Of a DNA stretch of 64,000 nucleotides, positions 1-13,030 are shown one piece after another. The stretch is taken from positions 3,472,001-3,536,000 of the forward strand of contig NEEC01000004.1 in assembly GCA_002189035.1 (NCBI GenBank). The letters run 5' to 3'. The position numbers and the translations under genes are program-made. Below the pieces are notes generated by a model. The model made no database searches and had not been told where the DNA came from. It saw only the letters and a list, made by a program, of their open reading frames with translations. Each line of letters starts with the position of its first letter. Position 1 is the stretch's first letter. Source of the stretch: Utricularia gibba. Its lineage: Eukaryota > Plantae > Magnoliophyta.

Positions 1-858
1 CTAAACGACAACACTTTGTAAGTTCACAACAAGAATAATACAGAAGTTAGGAATAATAGACACTTCAGAAAAGTGAAAGAAACAAAAATGATGGAAGATA
101 TTTTTTGAAAGTATGATATTTTTCAAAAAAAATTATTATTTTAGAATGCATTGATTTTGGAAGAGATATAAAATCATATTTGTATCTATATAATTTACTT
201 ATATGTCAAATTCAGGAGTTGTTATAATGTTGTTTATATTATGCATATTTGAAGCAAATTTTAAATATTTAAGTACATTTGATGTTAATATTAAATTTTT
301 AATTCACTTTTTTAATTGTTTTTGTCATATGCACATAATTAATATACATTTTAAAAAAATTGTTAAAATCACATTTGATGTAATAAAAATGAATTTTTAA
401 ATATATCTAGAGTAAATATAAAAAAATAGATATATTTGATGCAATTAATAATAAAGTGAAATACCTTTCATTTTAATTACCACACTGAGACGTCAGCTTT
501 GATTATTGCTTTTTTTTTTCAAGAAAATTAGCAAACAACTTCACCTTAGTAACGAATTTTTAATTATTATTATTGTGGATTATAACTATAATTTCTATGG
601 TTTTTTTTTGTGTTCTCAAAATGGTACTGCATAAGTATCAATGACCGTCGGCTGCCTATTTATTTGAATATATATTTTTATATATAATGTATGTAGGTTT
701 ATGGAGGGAAGGAGGTGGAGAGGATAAGGTTCCTGGGAATTCAGTGTGGCGCAAGCTTCTTGAATCTTTTCAAACCCCGCGCTCCTTCCGCCCTTTAAAT
801 CCACCCACCGGAATCCCTCACCATCACCATTTCGAATTTTGAATCACTCGATTCAGGA

Positions 859-1848
859 ATGCCTTCCCTTCCTGAGGAACCCCTCCTTGCCCCAAACGCA
901 GATCGCTTCTGCATGTTCCCAATTCAGTACCCTCAAATCTGGGAGATGTACAAGAAAGCAGAAGCCTCCTTCTGGACGGCGGAGGAGGTCGATCTGTCTC
1001 AAGATCTCGCTCACTGGTACTCTCTGACGTCTGACGAAAAGCATTTCATCAAACATATTCTAGCTTTTTTCGCCGCCTCCGACGGGATCGTGCTCGAAAA
1101 TCTCGCTGCCAGGTTCATGAAGGAGGTCCAGGTTTCGGAGGCTCGCGCGTTTTACGGCTTCCAGATTGCAATTGAAAACATCCACTCTGAGATGTATAGT
1201 CTTCTATTGGAAACTTACATCAAGGATTCTGAAGAAAAGAGCAGGCTCTTCCGTGCTATTGAAACCGTTCCTTGTGTCGAGAAGAAGGCGACTTGGGCCC
1301 TTCGTTGGATCGATGGTTCTGAGTCGTTCGCAGAGAGGCTACTGGCTTTTGCCTGCGTGGAAGGTATATTTTTCTCGGGAAGCTTCTGTGCAATATTCTG
1401 GTTGAAAAAGAGGGGTCTGATGCCCGGGTTGACCTTCTCCAATGAGCTCATTTCCCGGGATGAGGGTTTACATTGTGACTTCGCTTGCTTGCTCTATAGT
1501 CTGCTTAAAGTGAAGCTTAGTGAAGAAACGGTGCACGGGCTCGTGGCGGATGCAGTGGATATTGAAAGGGAGTTTGTTTGTGATGCGTTGCCGTGCAGGC
1601 TGTTGGGAATGAATTCAGAGTTGATGTGCCAATACATAGAGTTCGTGGCGGATAGATTGTTGGTTGCATTGGGGTACAAGAAGCTGTACAATGCACAGAA
1701 CCCCTTCGACTGGATGGAACTCATAAGCTTGCAGGGGAAGACAAATTTCTTCGAGAGGCGAGTTGGTGAGTACCAAAAGGCTTCTGTTATGTCGAGCTTG
1801 AATTCAAATGCAGATGCCGATGACTTCAATTTGGATGAGGACTTCTAG
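859..1848 (+). CDS. TSO2: Ribonucleoside-diphosphate reductase small subunit (R2), TSO2-type, single exon, 329 aa
   Basis: Uninterrupted ORF with class Ia R2 motifs: [21 protein letters not shown] (iron ligands and radical Tyr), [20 protein letters not shown], and C-terminal LDEDF R1-binding tail. N-terminus [22 protein letters not shown] resembles the plant TSO2/RNR2B clade. Confidence 0.96.
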   Translation: MPSLPEEPLLAPNADRFCMFPIQYPQIWEMYKKAEASFWTAEEVDLSQDLAHWYSLTSDEKHFIKHILAFFAASDGIVLENLAARFMKEVQVSEARAFYGFQIAIENIHSEMYSLLLETYIKDSEEKSRLFRAIETVPCVEKKATWALRWIDGSESFAERLLAFACVEGIFFSGSFCAIFWLKKRGLMPGLTFSNELISRDEGLHCDFACLLYSLLKVKLSEETVHGLVADAVDIEREFVCDALPCRLLGMNSELMCQYIEFVADRLLVALGYKKLYNAQNPFDWMELISLQGKTNFFERRVGEYQKASVMSSLNSNADADDFNLDEDF

Positions 1849-3132
1849 TTCACATGATCCGTCCTGGTTGGCATCAGCGTGTTGTCTACTTTTCCTAGTT
1901 CTTGTATGCAAAAGCTGCCTGTCATCAAGTTTGAACAGCAATGGAGATGCAAACATGTCTTTGAGCAGGCATCTTCTTCATGTGTTTACTTGTAGATGCT
2001 GTCTGCAGTAGCGGGCTGCCAGTGTGTCTCTTTAAATTGGACGATGGTGTCTGATTTGCACATCTGTTTAGACAACAAAATGCAGGTGATGATGCTCTTA
2101 CAGGATCCACAATAACAAACCAACAAAAGTCCACGATCCACAACTCAGAAGTGACAATAGCTCGAATGAGGGATTTGGGTTTAGATGATTGAGGGCACTC
2201 CACAACGCACATTTCCTTTCCTCTTGGGTGGGTTTTTAGATGCTTTTTGCTGCTGGGTGGCTCAATCTTATTCTTCTCGGCAGCCCCACAGTTCCATGGG
2301 ATAAATGGAGGCCACACCACCTGTTGTACAGCTGAAAATTAATAGAATTGGCAGTTATGTGAGACAATGGGAGTAACATTGGAATAGGGATGATTGCCAG
2401 AGATCATCGGGGGCACCTGCCTGTTGTATAGCTTGGAAAGTAATGCTACAACAACGGTCTGAAAATGTGTTACATGCGGAAGCTTTAGCTGTGTGGGTGG
2501 CCTTCAAGTTTGTCGAAGATCAAGGCCTAAAAATGGATCGGAAAAAAATGGTCTTCAACCCAGGGGTAGCTGCAAGGTTCAACCGGGGTGAACCAATACG
2601 CGGAAAAAAATGAATTGGTTAATAGACAAAATCATCAAATTTCTAAAAATTTGACTTCAACTTGTGTCATCTATCATATCACCTTTTTTCTTTTTTTTTT
2701 CAATTAATCCACTTCAACCTAATTAAACTTTTAAAAAAAGTTTATGTAGATGATTGCTAGGTTTATGTAGGTGTCTCTAAATCTGTCTTTAACAGTCAAA
2801 TTTTTTAAAAAGAAATCAAGATTATCGAAAATCAATTTTCAATTCAGATATTATTTTTGAGTATTATTTTTTTACCTTTTTTTATAAATTAAGTTTAATT
2901 CAAATACTTTTTCATTCATATTAATCAACTATTGTATATCAATGTTAGTATGTATTTTGCATAATCTAAAATCATGTATATGTTTCTTATTTCTCTAAGT
3001 TTGATGAATATGGAGTTTATATGAATTTTTGTTAGTGAATAAAATTGTTTTCAAATTAATAATAAATATAGTATATTGTGGAATTAGTAGATTTGGATTA
3101 ATAGCATTCGAGGCATTTGGTCAGAGACTAGT

Positions 3133-4269
3133 TAATCACACATATTTTTGAGTAATTGAATACAGGAAAATAACTCATATTGTGCTACAAAACTTAAGCT
3201 TTACTGTCTAGTTCTATATTTTTGCGTATAGTACCGTAATTGTGTTTTTTTTTAGTCTTAGTTGGGACTAAATTACGATTTAGTCCCAACCTTACTTCTA
3301 ATAATTTTCTTTGAGTAATGCAATACATGTTGGCAACACAAGTCCTAAGAAACCGGATATGAACAGTGTAATGGCAGATTATAAGGAAAAAGTATGAAAA
3401 GAAGAACACAAAATCCAAGAAGATGAAAAAGGAGGATTGTGGACAAAAAGAGGACAAGATGGAGAGAGAAAGAGATCTCTCCCATTGGAGACAGATTACA
3501 TAGCTTTTTAGAGAGGATTTATGGGGGGAAGAAGGAAGGGGACAACGATCCGGAAGAACAAGTTTCTCTTTTGAAGATTGTCTTTCATTCTTGATGAACA
3601 CTATTCCTAACTAAAACTAGTTTTAGTTTTTCTTACGTGAACAATTTATTGTTTATGCTCTGTTATGCATTTTATGTTGTTGTTTAACTTTGAGAACAGA
3701 ATGTTCCTTAGAATGTGTCATGAAAATGCTTTACTTTCCCTTTTTATGAGTGGCTAAGTATTTAGGGGTGCCTTGAGGTGAAAAGGGGAGAAATATGATG
3801 ATCAATCTTTAGACTTTATTAACCATAGGTCATGTCACTTCCTTAACAAACCAAGATAGATCTAAGAGGGGGAGATAGATCTAAGAGGGGGAAGTAGTGA
3901 TACTCAACTTAACAACCCTAATTAGAGGTAGACCAAAGATTAGGGGAAAAACAAGAGTTTGGGTAGATCTAGACTTTGTTTGTTAGTTGTTTGATTTGTG
4001 GTTTGTGTGAACGTGTTTAGTGATAAACATACATCCCTTAGAAGTCTCAAGGCATCACCCATTTAATTCCAAGAACAACCGAGTTCAGAAGTTTGTTTCT
4101 TTTTTTTAATGTATTTTATCACAACTCTGCCTTAGTCCTAGTTAAGACCAAATTTATCAACGTGACACTAATTTTATGTATTGACTTTCATATAGCAAGC
4201 ACGTATTGACTTATCAAATTTGATAAGGAAATTTGAAAATTAACGACATTGCAATATTTTCGTTTATCA
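3133..4269 (+). mobile_element. Solo LTR, Athila-like Gypsy (family A), ~1137 bp
   Basis: Ends ...TTTTCGTTTATCA and is flanked by a perfect 5-bp TSD CTAGT (3128-3132 and 4270-4274). Collinear with the LTR at 46115-47288. Confidence 0.85.
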
Positions 4270-4520
4270 CTAGTTGTACAATTATGGGAGATAGGTGGAT
4301 AGATGCTTGTTTACATAACCCCATCAATTTTCTGATTTACTGTACGAGAGAAACTATTTTGTGGGAAAATGCACTACAATTGAAGAATTGACGATCAAGA
4401 TCCTCAGACAAACAGCTTCATCTTTAGGTTGTGAATGCAACTGCAAAATATTTGATCAAATTCATCCAAGGAGAATGAACATATTGATTCATAAAAGACT
4501 TGATAATTTGGTATGCATAC

Positions 4521-4723
4521 TATTGAAGTTGATACATAGTTCATCATGTTTCAATTGTGTATATCTTTTTGGTTCACTTGAACTTATATATTCAATATAC
4601 TCATGTCTTCATTGTACAATCGAAATATAGTAGAGAAAGTTTTTTTCTCCAATTGATTGTGTATTGCACAACCACATCTCTAGTTTGTGTAGTTTCATAT
4701 TTTTGTTTTTAGCAATTTATTCA
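4521..4723 (+). repeat. Copia 5' LTR
   Basis: Aligns with 25860-26070 (about 30 substitutions plus indels in ~200 bp by eye); followed by the PBS-like sequence and gag. Confidence 0.85.
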
Positions 4724-5065
4724 TGGTGTAGTGAGCATGGATGGATGTGCAATGCCAAAAGGGATGAAGGTCACACCCCGCACGAAACGTTCATCTATGG
4801 ATGAGAATATGCAACATTTTCGTAGACATTTGAGCAATATGGGGTTCAATTCAGCATTTGATATAAATCATCCGATGTTTATTTCTGATGAGGATAACCC
4901 TAACATAGCATTGGTGCCCATATCTTTGACTTCAACAAACTTTAAAGATTGGAGTGGAGACATGAAGCTTGCTTCAGTTGCCAAGAACCAGTTGGATTTC
5001 ATTAATGGGAAAATACCCTAACATGATGTTGATGGATTTCGACAATGGTTTAGTGCATATGCTTT

Positions 5066-7090
5066 TGTTGCGTGTCGTTTCTTTAAAAAATTTTAAATAT
5101 TTATAAAACGTAAAACACAAAAAGCGTAGTACGAGTATCGATCTCAGAGAGTTGTTTTTTCATGAAAAGTGTTTGTAAGAAACTTTCACAAAATGTCACG
5201 GTTTTGCAAAAGAGGGTTTTTAAGATGCAGAAATAAAAGTTACAACCTAAGTTGTTGGTCTTGACTAAGGGACGCAGTTCTTGGGAATGAGATTCCATCT
5301 CCTTCCTTTGTCCGTCTTTGCCTCGGTTTTCGCTAATATCTTCCGAATAGCTGGTTATAGGAGCAAAGAATAGCCTACTCTCTTACACTCTGATTGACAA
5401 AGAGGCACGGGAATAGGCTCATGTGATTCCCCCTTGGACGATCAAGAAGACAAGAGGAATGCCTTCGATTGGCTTCAAAACTGAATTGTGCGCATGTGCC
5501 CAGCTTTTGCCAATGGCCAGTGCAGGTCCGAGGTCACAACCTGTCCACTGTTGTGGTACCTAGGCCACAAACAATCCGCTACTTCCCTCGAACCGGCAGG
5601 GTTGGAGTTGATGCTTTTCACCTTGATCTTCATCAAAATCCGTGAGGAGTGGCCTGCTACTCATGGACCTTGACTAGGAGTTGTTATAGAAAAACCGCAA
5701 CAAGATGCGTGGAAGTATGCAGAATCCGAATTGAATTCATCAAAGAACCGAGTGTATTGCTCAAGACTTGGAAGGAAACTTCATCTTCTCCCAGAAACTA
5801 AAGGGTTTTAGCCACAAAGGGCCATCAAAATAGAAATAAAAAGGAAGCTAAGTGTTCTTCCTCCCTTAGAGGAGAGGAAGGACTCAAAAGTTCTAAGTAC
5901 AAGATAAATTGTTCAAAAGTTTGAAACTAAGTGCTCAAATTGGCTTTTATATCACTCCCCACATGCATTTACTCCTTTGGGTCCCCTTCCCATCATTCCT
6001 TCTGTCTTACGTGCGCCAGCAGCTTCTCTTTGTGTTCAAGTTAGCGTCCAATTATTGCTGCAAATTCTGACATGCCGTAAGTCGGGGGTCTTGACTAGTG
6101 TCAGTCCTCCGCCCACAATTGTTCCAAGTCGCGTACAAGGCATGAAAAGTCAGACTCTGACCACTTGCAACACTCCATGACAGTCTCTTGACATGTTTTA
6201 GTCAAAATGTGAGAAAAAAGACATAAAATATATACAAAATTGAAAAATAGGAATTTTCTAATAAAAATCAAATACTTAATAATAAGATTTATAATTGGGC
6301 AGCTTAGTACTAAATTAATATATAATAATACCTAATTAATAACTAGAAAATGACACTTAACATATTCCCCCACACTTAAATCATACTTGTCCTCAAGTGT
6401 GAAAATCATGGCAGTTCATAAAAAAGGGCAGAACCTAAGTCATGATGCATTACAAAGGTACATTGTTACTATAGCATTCATTTACTTCAATTCTTTTCCT
6501 ATCCTTTAATCAAATTAAGGCAAGCCACTCAAGTTCGCATGCATCAGGTAAAGACTTAACCAATGACTACTTATACACTCACATCATCAAAGTAAAACAG
6601 TAAGAGACATACACTATAGTGACTCAAGACCTTTTTCTCTCCCTCTCTTTTTTTTTTTTTTGAGATAGAGGTCCCTGCTTTGGGAAGAATGTTTGGATTA
6701 TGAAACCTCATGTGTGGTGTTAACCACGGTTTCGCCAAACATTCTTACCTTTGGCACCCCTATTTTTTCTTCTTTTTTTTTCATATATTTTTTTTAGTCT
6801 CGGTCTGGTCAGTATATATATAAATTTATTCACAACATGATATATAAAAGGAATGAAAATGTAGTCATAGTCACGGTATAGTCTTTCCTAAATCATGTAA
6901 AAATGCTTGATATCTAGAAAGAAAAATAATTGAAATATTTTCCTAGCAGCAAGGAATTCATGAATCTAAGCATGATCAATCCTAGAAATTCTAGCTTTAT
7001 TCATGGAAACAAATGTACTTGAGGAGCATAATGAGGATTTTTCACAAAAAAAAACAAAAGAAAAACAAAACATGAGGCACGAAAACAGAA
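5066..7090 (-). mobile_element. 3' fragment of Gypsy family B element: 3' LTR 5066-6362 plus 3' internal region
   Basis: Reverse complement of TGTTAAGTGTC...GACACGCAACA. The PPT-bearing tract AGTGTGGGGGAATA precedes the LTR on the minus strand. 6363-7090 matches 8915-9090 and 10330-10764 in inverted orientation. Confidence 0.82.
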
Positions 7091-7335
7091 AACAATTCAA
7101 CACAGTTTGACATATAAGTTCTAATGCCCAGAAAATACTAGAAATTAAAAAGAAACGTAAATCACAGGAAAGAAAGTGAAACCTTGTTGGTACCACTTGC
7201 GCAAGATTACAATTGGAAAACCTATCCCACGACCTATTTACAAGCATCTTTGGATGAGAAAGTTCATTTCCTTGACACATCTTTTATAGAGTTGAAGGAT
7301 AAAAAGCATTAAAGAATAAGGATCACAAAAATAGT

Positions 7336-8103
7336 GGGTCAATTTAAGAAATGACCATATCTCTCGGCTGAAATTTGAGAGATGGCTATCTCCCAAAAAC
7401 TCTTTGAAATTTGGCCATCTCTAAAATGATCCATTAAAAGAAAATCGTTATTCACCCAAATACATTGACATGTCATTGTATATAGATGAAATACTGAATT
7501 TTTTTAATTGCTTATTTTCAAAGTAAACCTTATTTTATTAATGAATATATGTAATTATATAGTATTGTCAAATAATTTACAAACACAAAAAATAATATCA
7601 CCTTCTTATAGTTAATTTATATAAACTTTTGTATAATTAAATATTAATGTAAAGAATCGTATAATTAAACTATATAAATATATATGCATAATTTACATAT
7701 CACAGAGTAAATTCATTTTTTTATATAAAATGAATGGTCCAGAAAAAATTTAAGCATTCTTCACCAATTTTGGTTTATGAATTAAGTGTATCCCACATAT
7801 TTATGGAAATTCATTAATTCAAAAGAGTCATGTAGTATCTACATAGAGAGCAACGTGACTAACTTGGGGTTTGGACGTTACTTACTTCCCTGCATAGCGC
7901 TCGGAAAAAAATAGATGTTTATTATTATTTCCATTTATGCACTCTTCAAGAATCACTGTAATTTGAAAGAGTTATACAATTTCAATATAAAAAGGAAGAC
8001 ATCACTAGCCAAGCATTGCTATGATTAAAACCATAGTTAATACAAAAAAACCATGTAAATGTTGGCTTCAAACAAGATCACCGAGTGCAAATATCACAAA
8101 CAT
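7336..8103 (+). repeat. Left terminal inverted repeat of the MULE (~770 bp)
   Basis: Block-by-block inverted match to 21732-22539, e.g. GTTGGCTTCAAACAAGATCAC (8020s-8040s) vs GTGATCTTGTTTGAAGCCAAC (21754-21774). Confidence 0.8.
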
Positions 8104-8914
8104 ATAATAGAATTGGAATAACTAGTTCCCCTAATAGAATATCCATAATGAAACATATTTACATACATTTGTATTTTAGAGATTCATAAAGCTCTTAATG
8201 CTCATGACCTTTTGCAATTGGATGTTGCCCACATCAAAATGTTTCCACATATGTAGGCACACCATCTGTTTCATATAATTCTTCCAAAAATAATCGAATA
8301 TACCCATCACTCTGTAGTACATTATCATCCCTTTAAGTCATTTTATAAAAAAAGGGAAATATTGCATTGTTTACCTATTGAATATGATAAAATGAAGTTA
8401 ATACAGATGAATTAGTATTACTTGTATAAAATGAAGAGCATGTTACCAGATTTAGAAGCGATTTCTCCGATGAGTCGTCGATCAACGGTGTGTTACTTGT
8501 ATTATAACAATTGTTGAACGTTGTATCATCATTCCAAATACATCGCAAGTCTTTAAATTTGATGATGCTGAAGCTCCCATCAATGCATATTCTTGTGTCA
8601 TTACATTGACTTATTCACCAACAAAATACAAGCTTTAGATGACTGGAACTCACCATAATATAATCGATTATTTTACGTACAAGTGCACTGCAAAGAAACA
8701 ATTTGATGAATATTTTAATGTAATAGAACGAAGAAGCTTAAATTTATGAACATATCCACTTACTCTCTTCGCAAGGACTAAAACGCAACGTCTAATGTTT
8801 CCATGCACCAATCTAAAAATTTGATACAATTCGATCTAAGATAAACTACAATGAAAAACGAAACACCATTACTATTCATATAGTTAGAGTGGACCAATGT
8901 ACTGTACTGAGATA

Positions 8915-11900
8915 AACATTTTTTTCTTTCGTGCTTCATGTTTTGGTTTTCCTTTTTTCGTTTTTAATTGTGAAAAATCCCCACTCCGCTTCTCAAGTAT
9001 ATTTGCTTCCATGAATAAGGCTAGAATTTTAGTATTGATCATGCCTTAGGAGATTACACCATGACTACATTTTTATTCCTTGTATATATCATGATACAAC
9101 TAAAAAACTTGATGGTAATTCTGCAAGTGCACAGAAACCGTCGAAATAATAAAATAAGATCATATCCACAGGGAATTGTTATTGGAATATTCTTTTTAAA
9201 CAAAGATTCAAAAAGACCGAAAACTAGAGAAAGATTTGGTTTTGAAGTGAATAAGAAAAGTGGCATTGGATCTAAGATCTACCTTACTTGAAACTTGCCC
9301 TTGCGTGTGTGCAAACCTTGAAGACTAACCTGCTTGCGCAAGCTTTGGGGGTGTTATGCTAAAATAGTGCTACTCGGTGACCGTTATAGCACCGTCCCTT
9401 GTTTTGTGGGATTATGGAATCAACCACGCCACCAAAGCCATTTCACCTCTTATGATAACCCATGTTTTCCCCACACCCAAATCTAATCCCTACACCTCTC
9501 ACCTCGCAGACAGATTAGACAGAATGTGCCTTACCAACGATGTCCGATTGAGCTCTTCTCCTTAGGTGCTTGAGGCCAACCTTTGATTCTCCCACACTCC
9601 CTTAGGGCTATATGGTACTAAAGATCACGTTGGTAAAGAAAACGTTGCGAAAAACAGAATCAAACCTCAAATTAAATGCTGAAAAACATAGTAAGACAGT
9701 CACGCGCGCAGGACTTGCACAAGCAAGGCTTCACAGCAGATCCTCAACCGCAAGCGCTCACACATGCATGCTAGACTCTAAACAAAAAAAGTTGAAGAAA
9801 AACGAAAGGGAAGGAATCCAAAACATGCTAGACTCCACTCTAAACCCTAGATTGACTCTTTGGTTGTCCACCACTTCTTGACTCTTCTCTAAATCTTCAC
9901 GTTTGGATCTTTATATAATAGTGGAGATTTGTCAGGCTTTCTTGATGGGCTCACATCAAATCTTCTATTCGAATCTTCTAAAATTTGATACAAATCTTCT
10001 AGGATGAGATCCAAGTTTTCCAAGGTAAGATGCGAATTTTATCTTATCCGTGAATCTTTGACCAAGTCTTCATCCGGATAGACCAAATCTTAGCGTCCAT
10101 CAAAGTAGCTCGAAAAGCCCCCAAATTAAGTCAAAATTATCCTGAAAAATCACAAAACACACTTTCCCTCCAAAAAGATCAAAGTGATATGAAAGATATA
10201 AAATTCTTCTAAAAACATAAGGAAAGTAGGATAAAAAGAATGCAAACTCCATCTAAGTAAGTCTCAAAAAGCACAATTATAAGTGACAAAAAATCACTTA
10301 TCATTAAATTTTTGCTGTTTCTTAAGAAACTAGACCGAAAAAATAAGAAGAAAAAAATATTAGGGGTGCCAAAGGTAAGGATGTTTGGCGAACCGTGGTT
10401 AACCACCATTCATAAGATTTCATAATCCAAACATTTTTCCCCAAAACAAGGACCTCTCCTTCCAAAAAAAAGAAGGAAAAAAAAGAAGAGAAAAGAAAAG
10501 AATGGTCTTTAGGCACTATAGTGTATGTCTTTTGTTGCTTTCGTTTACTTGGATGATGCTAGCATGCAAGGTGGTCATTGGTCTAAGTCTTTATCTGATG
10601 CATGCGAATTTGAGTGACTTGTCTTAATTTGATTGAATGATAGGAAAAGATTGGAGTAAATACTCGCAGTAGGATGAAGTTATCTTAATAATGCTCTACC
10701 TTTTTTCGTGGATTACTATGATTTTCATACTTGAGGACAAGCATGTTTTCAGTGTGGGGGAATATGTTAAGTGTCATTTTTTAGTTATTATTATATATTA
10801 TTATGTGTTAATTTAATGTAAAGTCGCCCAATTTAGGAGTCTTATTATTAAGTATTTGATTTTATTAGAAAATTCGTGTTTTTGTATTTTGTATATATTT
10901 TCTTTGTCTTTTTCGTGCAATTCGACCAAAATGTGGTAAGAGACAGTAGTGGAGTGCTATACGAAACTCGCAAGAGGTTAGACACTAACATTTCGCCTTG
11001 CACGTAACTTGGAACAATTTTGGGCAGAAGACTGGCACTAGTCAAGGCCCCTAACTTACGGTATGTCAAAGTCTGTAACAATGATTGAGCACTTATTTGC
11101 ACACATGGGAAAGTTGTTGGCACACGTAAGATAGAAAGAATAATTGGAAGAGGAGTAGAAAGAGTTAATGCACATGGAGAGTGAGATAAAACCAACTTGG
11201 AACAATCTCTTTGAGAACCTTTTTGACACTTTGTTCTTAGACTTAGAACTTTTGATTTTTTCTATTTCGTTTTTTGTTTTCATGGCCCTTTGTGCCTAAA
11301 CTCTTTTAGTTTCTAGGAATTGATGAAGTTTCCTTCCATGTCTTGAGCATTAATCTTGTCTCTTTACTGAAATTCATACCGGATTTTGCATACTTCCACG
11401 CGTCTTGTTGCAATCTTTCTGTAACGACTCCTAATCACGTTTCATGAGTAGTAGGTTACTCCCCGCGGATCTTGATGAAGAGCAAGGTGAAAAGTACCGG
11501 TTCCAACCCTACTGGTTCGAGGGAAGTAGCAAATTATTCGTGACCGAGGTACCACGATAGTGGACAGGTAGTGACCTTGTTTTTGCCATTGATCATTGGT
11601 AATAGCTGGGCACATGCACACTATTCGGTTTTGAAGGCAATCGACGGTAATCTTCTTGTCTTGTCAATCATCCAAGGGGGACTCATATGAGGTTATTCCC
11701 GTGCCTCTTTGTCAATCAGATGTAAGAGAGAGTAGGTTATTCCTTGCTCCTATAACCAACTATTCAGAACAAATCAGTGAATGCCGAGGCGAGGATAGAA
11801 AAAAGAAGGAGATGGAATCTCATTCCTAGGAACTGCAATCCTTAGTTAACGTTCATTACTTGTATTGTAGCTTTTATTTCCGTATTTCAAAATCCTCTTT

Positions 11901-12023
11901 TACAAATCCGTGACAATTTGTGAATTTTTTTCTAGAAAACACTTTTCGCAAAACTCAACTCCCTGAGATCGATACTTGTACGTTTTATATATTTAAAATT
12001 TATTGAGGAAACGACACATAACA
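8915..12023 (+). mobile_element. 3' fragment of Gypsy family B element (older copy): internal region interrupted by LTR C, 3' LTR 10765-12023
   Basis: PPT AGTGTGGGGGAATA at 10751-10764, then TGTTAAGTGTC...GACACATAACA. Internal blocks 8915-9090 and 10330-10764 match copy 1 in reverse. Confidence 0.78.
9092..10303 (-). mobile_element. Probable solo LTR, Athila-like (family C), inserted in family B internal sequence
   Basis: TGATA...TATCA termini and Athila-type LTR end motif (GCAAGTGCAC...TATCCACAGGGA on plus). Family B homology resumes on both sides. No clean TSD (TATCA vs TTAAA). Confidence 0.55.
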
Positions 12024-12049
12024 ATAATTAATCAAATCACAAGACACTT

Positions 12050-12540
12050 ACTAATAGAGAATTCATACCAATTGGTCTTTCAACATTTGATGAGCTCGAT
12101 ATTTGCTTAGGTATGCTAATCATCAAATCTCCGAGTAGAGAAATCCATATGAAACTAGTCCACCAATCTCCATACGAGTCTCGTTAACTTGTGATAATTT
12201 TAATTCCTGCCTTCAATGATATTGTAAAGTGATCCTTGTGAGCAACTTTGGAACACTTTGTAATGCCAAACAATGCACTAACAGTAAGTGGAAACCCATC
12301 ATCTTCACATAACTTCATAAAGGCGATAATATTACTAATGGAAGTCAATCTTAAATGAGACAGTGGAACATGCACTGAACGAAGTACCGATTGAATGAAA
12401 GGATGAATTGGTAATCTCAACCCACATTTGAAATGTTTGGTACTCACAGAAAAAGCATGATTGCCAACACACTTAGGTGGTTCATCTGAAATTTGTTCTT
12501 TATCTCTCTTGTCTAATATTACAAAATTTTCTGGCACCAT
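12050..12540 (-). pseudogene. Transposase_28 (PF04195)-like accessory ORF relic inside the MULE
   Basis: ORF 12184-12540 contains FKCGLRLPIHPFIQSVLRSVHVPLSHLRLTSISNIIAFMKLCE and continues past a stop as RDSYGDWWTSFIWIS. This matches the GLRxPxHPF...QLxPNS...AF..LC and W...F.W pattern of that family. Confidence 0.6.
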
Positions 12541-12859
12541 GTATTGTTGTCTGATTTTTTCTCCAAATATAAATATATAACATTAAAGCTTTGCATAAAA
12601 GCTTATATTAATTAGAAACAACATGAAAATAAAAATTGATATAATAAATAAATGCTATTGATATAGACATTCACTTCAAAAATCAACAATAAAAGTTTGT
12701 GAAATTTAAATAAAAAAGTGGCTCGAATTTGAAAAATACATGAATTAAATTCTTGAATTTAGAAAACAACATTGTATACAAGAAAAAAGATAATATAAAT
12801 AATAAGGATGAATTTTATACCTTGATAAAAATGTTACACATAAGTCATGTCCAGGGCTA

Positions 12860-13030
12860 TTATCTGAATGCTGCTTATGACACAAAAGTACTCAAGAGGC
12901 TATGGCTATCTCAACGTCACTAGTTATACATAAATGGCGCCCAAGCCTATCTTGTGCCATTTATAATATATAAACAATGCCTTGGATGTTGTGAACACTG
13001 TTTGTGTGTTATTGGTACACATAAGAAACA
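12860..13030. repeat. Degenerate array of ~26-nt palindromic units, ~40-bp period
   Basis: Units at about 12868, 12918, 12954 and 12995. TTATACATAAATGGC / GCCATTTATAATATATAA are inverted. Resembles the array at 19855. Confidence 0.45.

Noticed and set aside
700-858. E2F site in the TSO2 promoter
   Set aside because: Expected from RNR biology, but only GC-rich near-matches (CCCCGCGC, TTCCGCCC) are present; no canonical TTTSSCGC.
839-1829. Overlapping and antisense ORFs within TSO2 (also those within VIP5 and ZIP)
   Set aside because: Shadow ORFs of GC-richer coding sequence; no recognisable motifs.
6810-7335. Continuation of Copia gag
   Set aside because: Initial motif-like translations were spurious: 6840-7090 matches family B internal sequence at 8915-9090. 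7090-7335 remains unassigned.
8104-8915. Second mudrA or Ulp1-like protease relic inside the MULE
   Set aside because: Only fragmentary hints (RICIDGSF; CAYICGNILMW) in different frames; cannot assign without a profile search.
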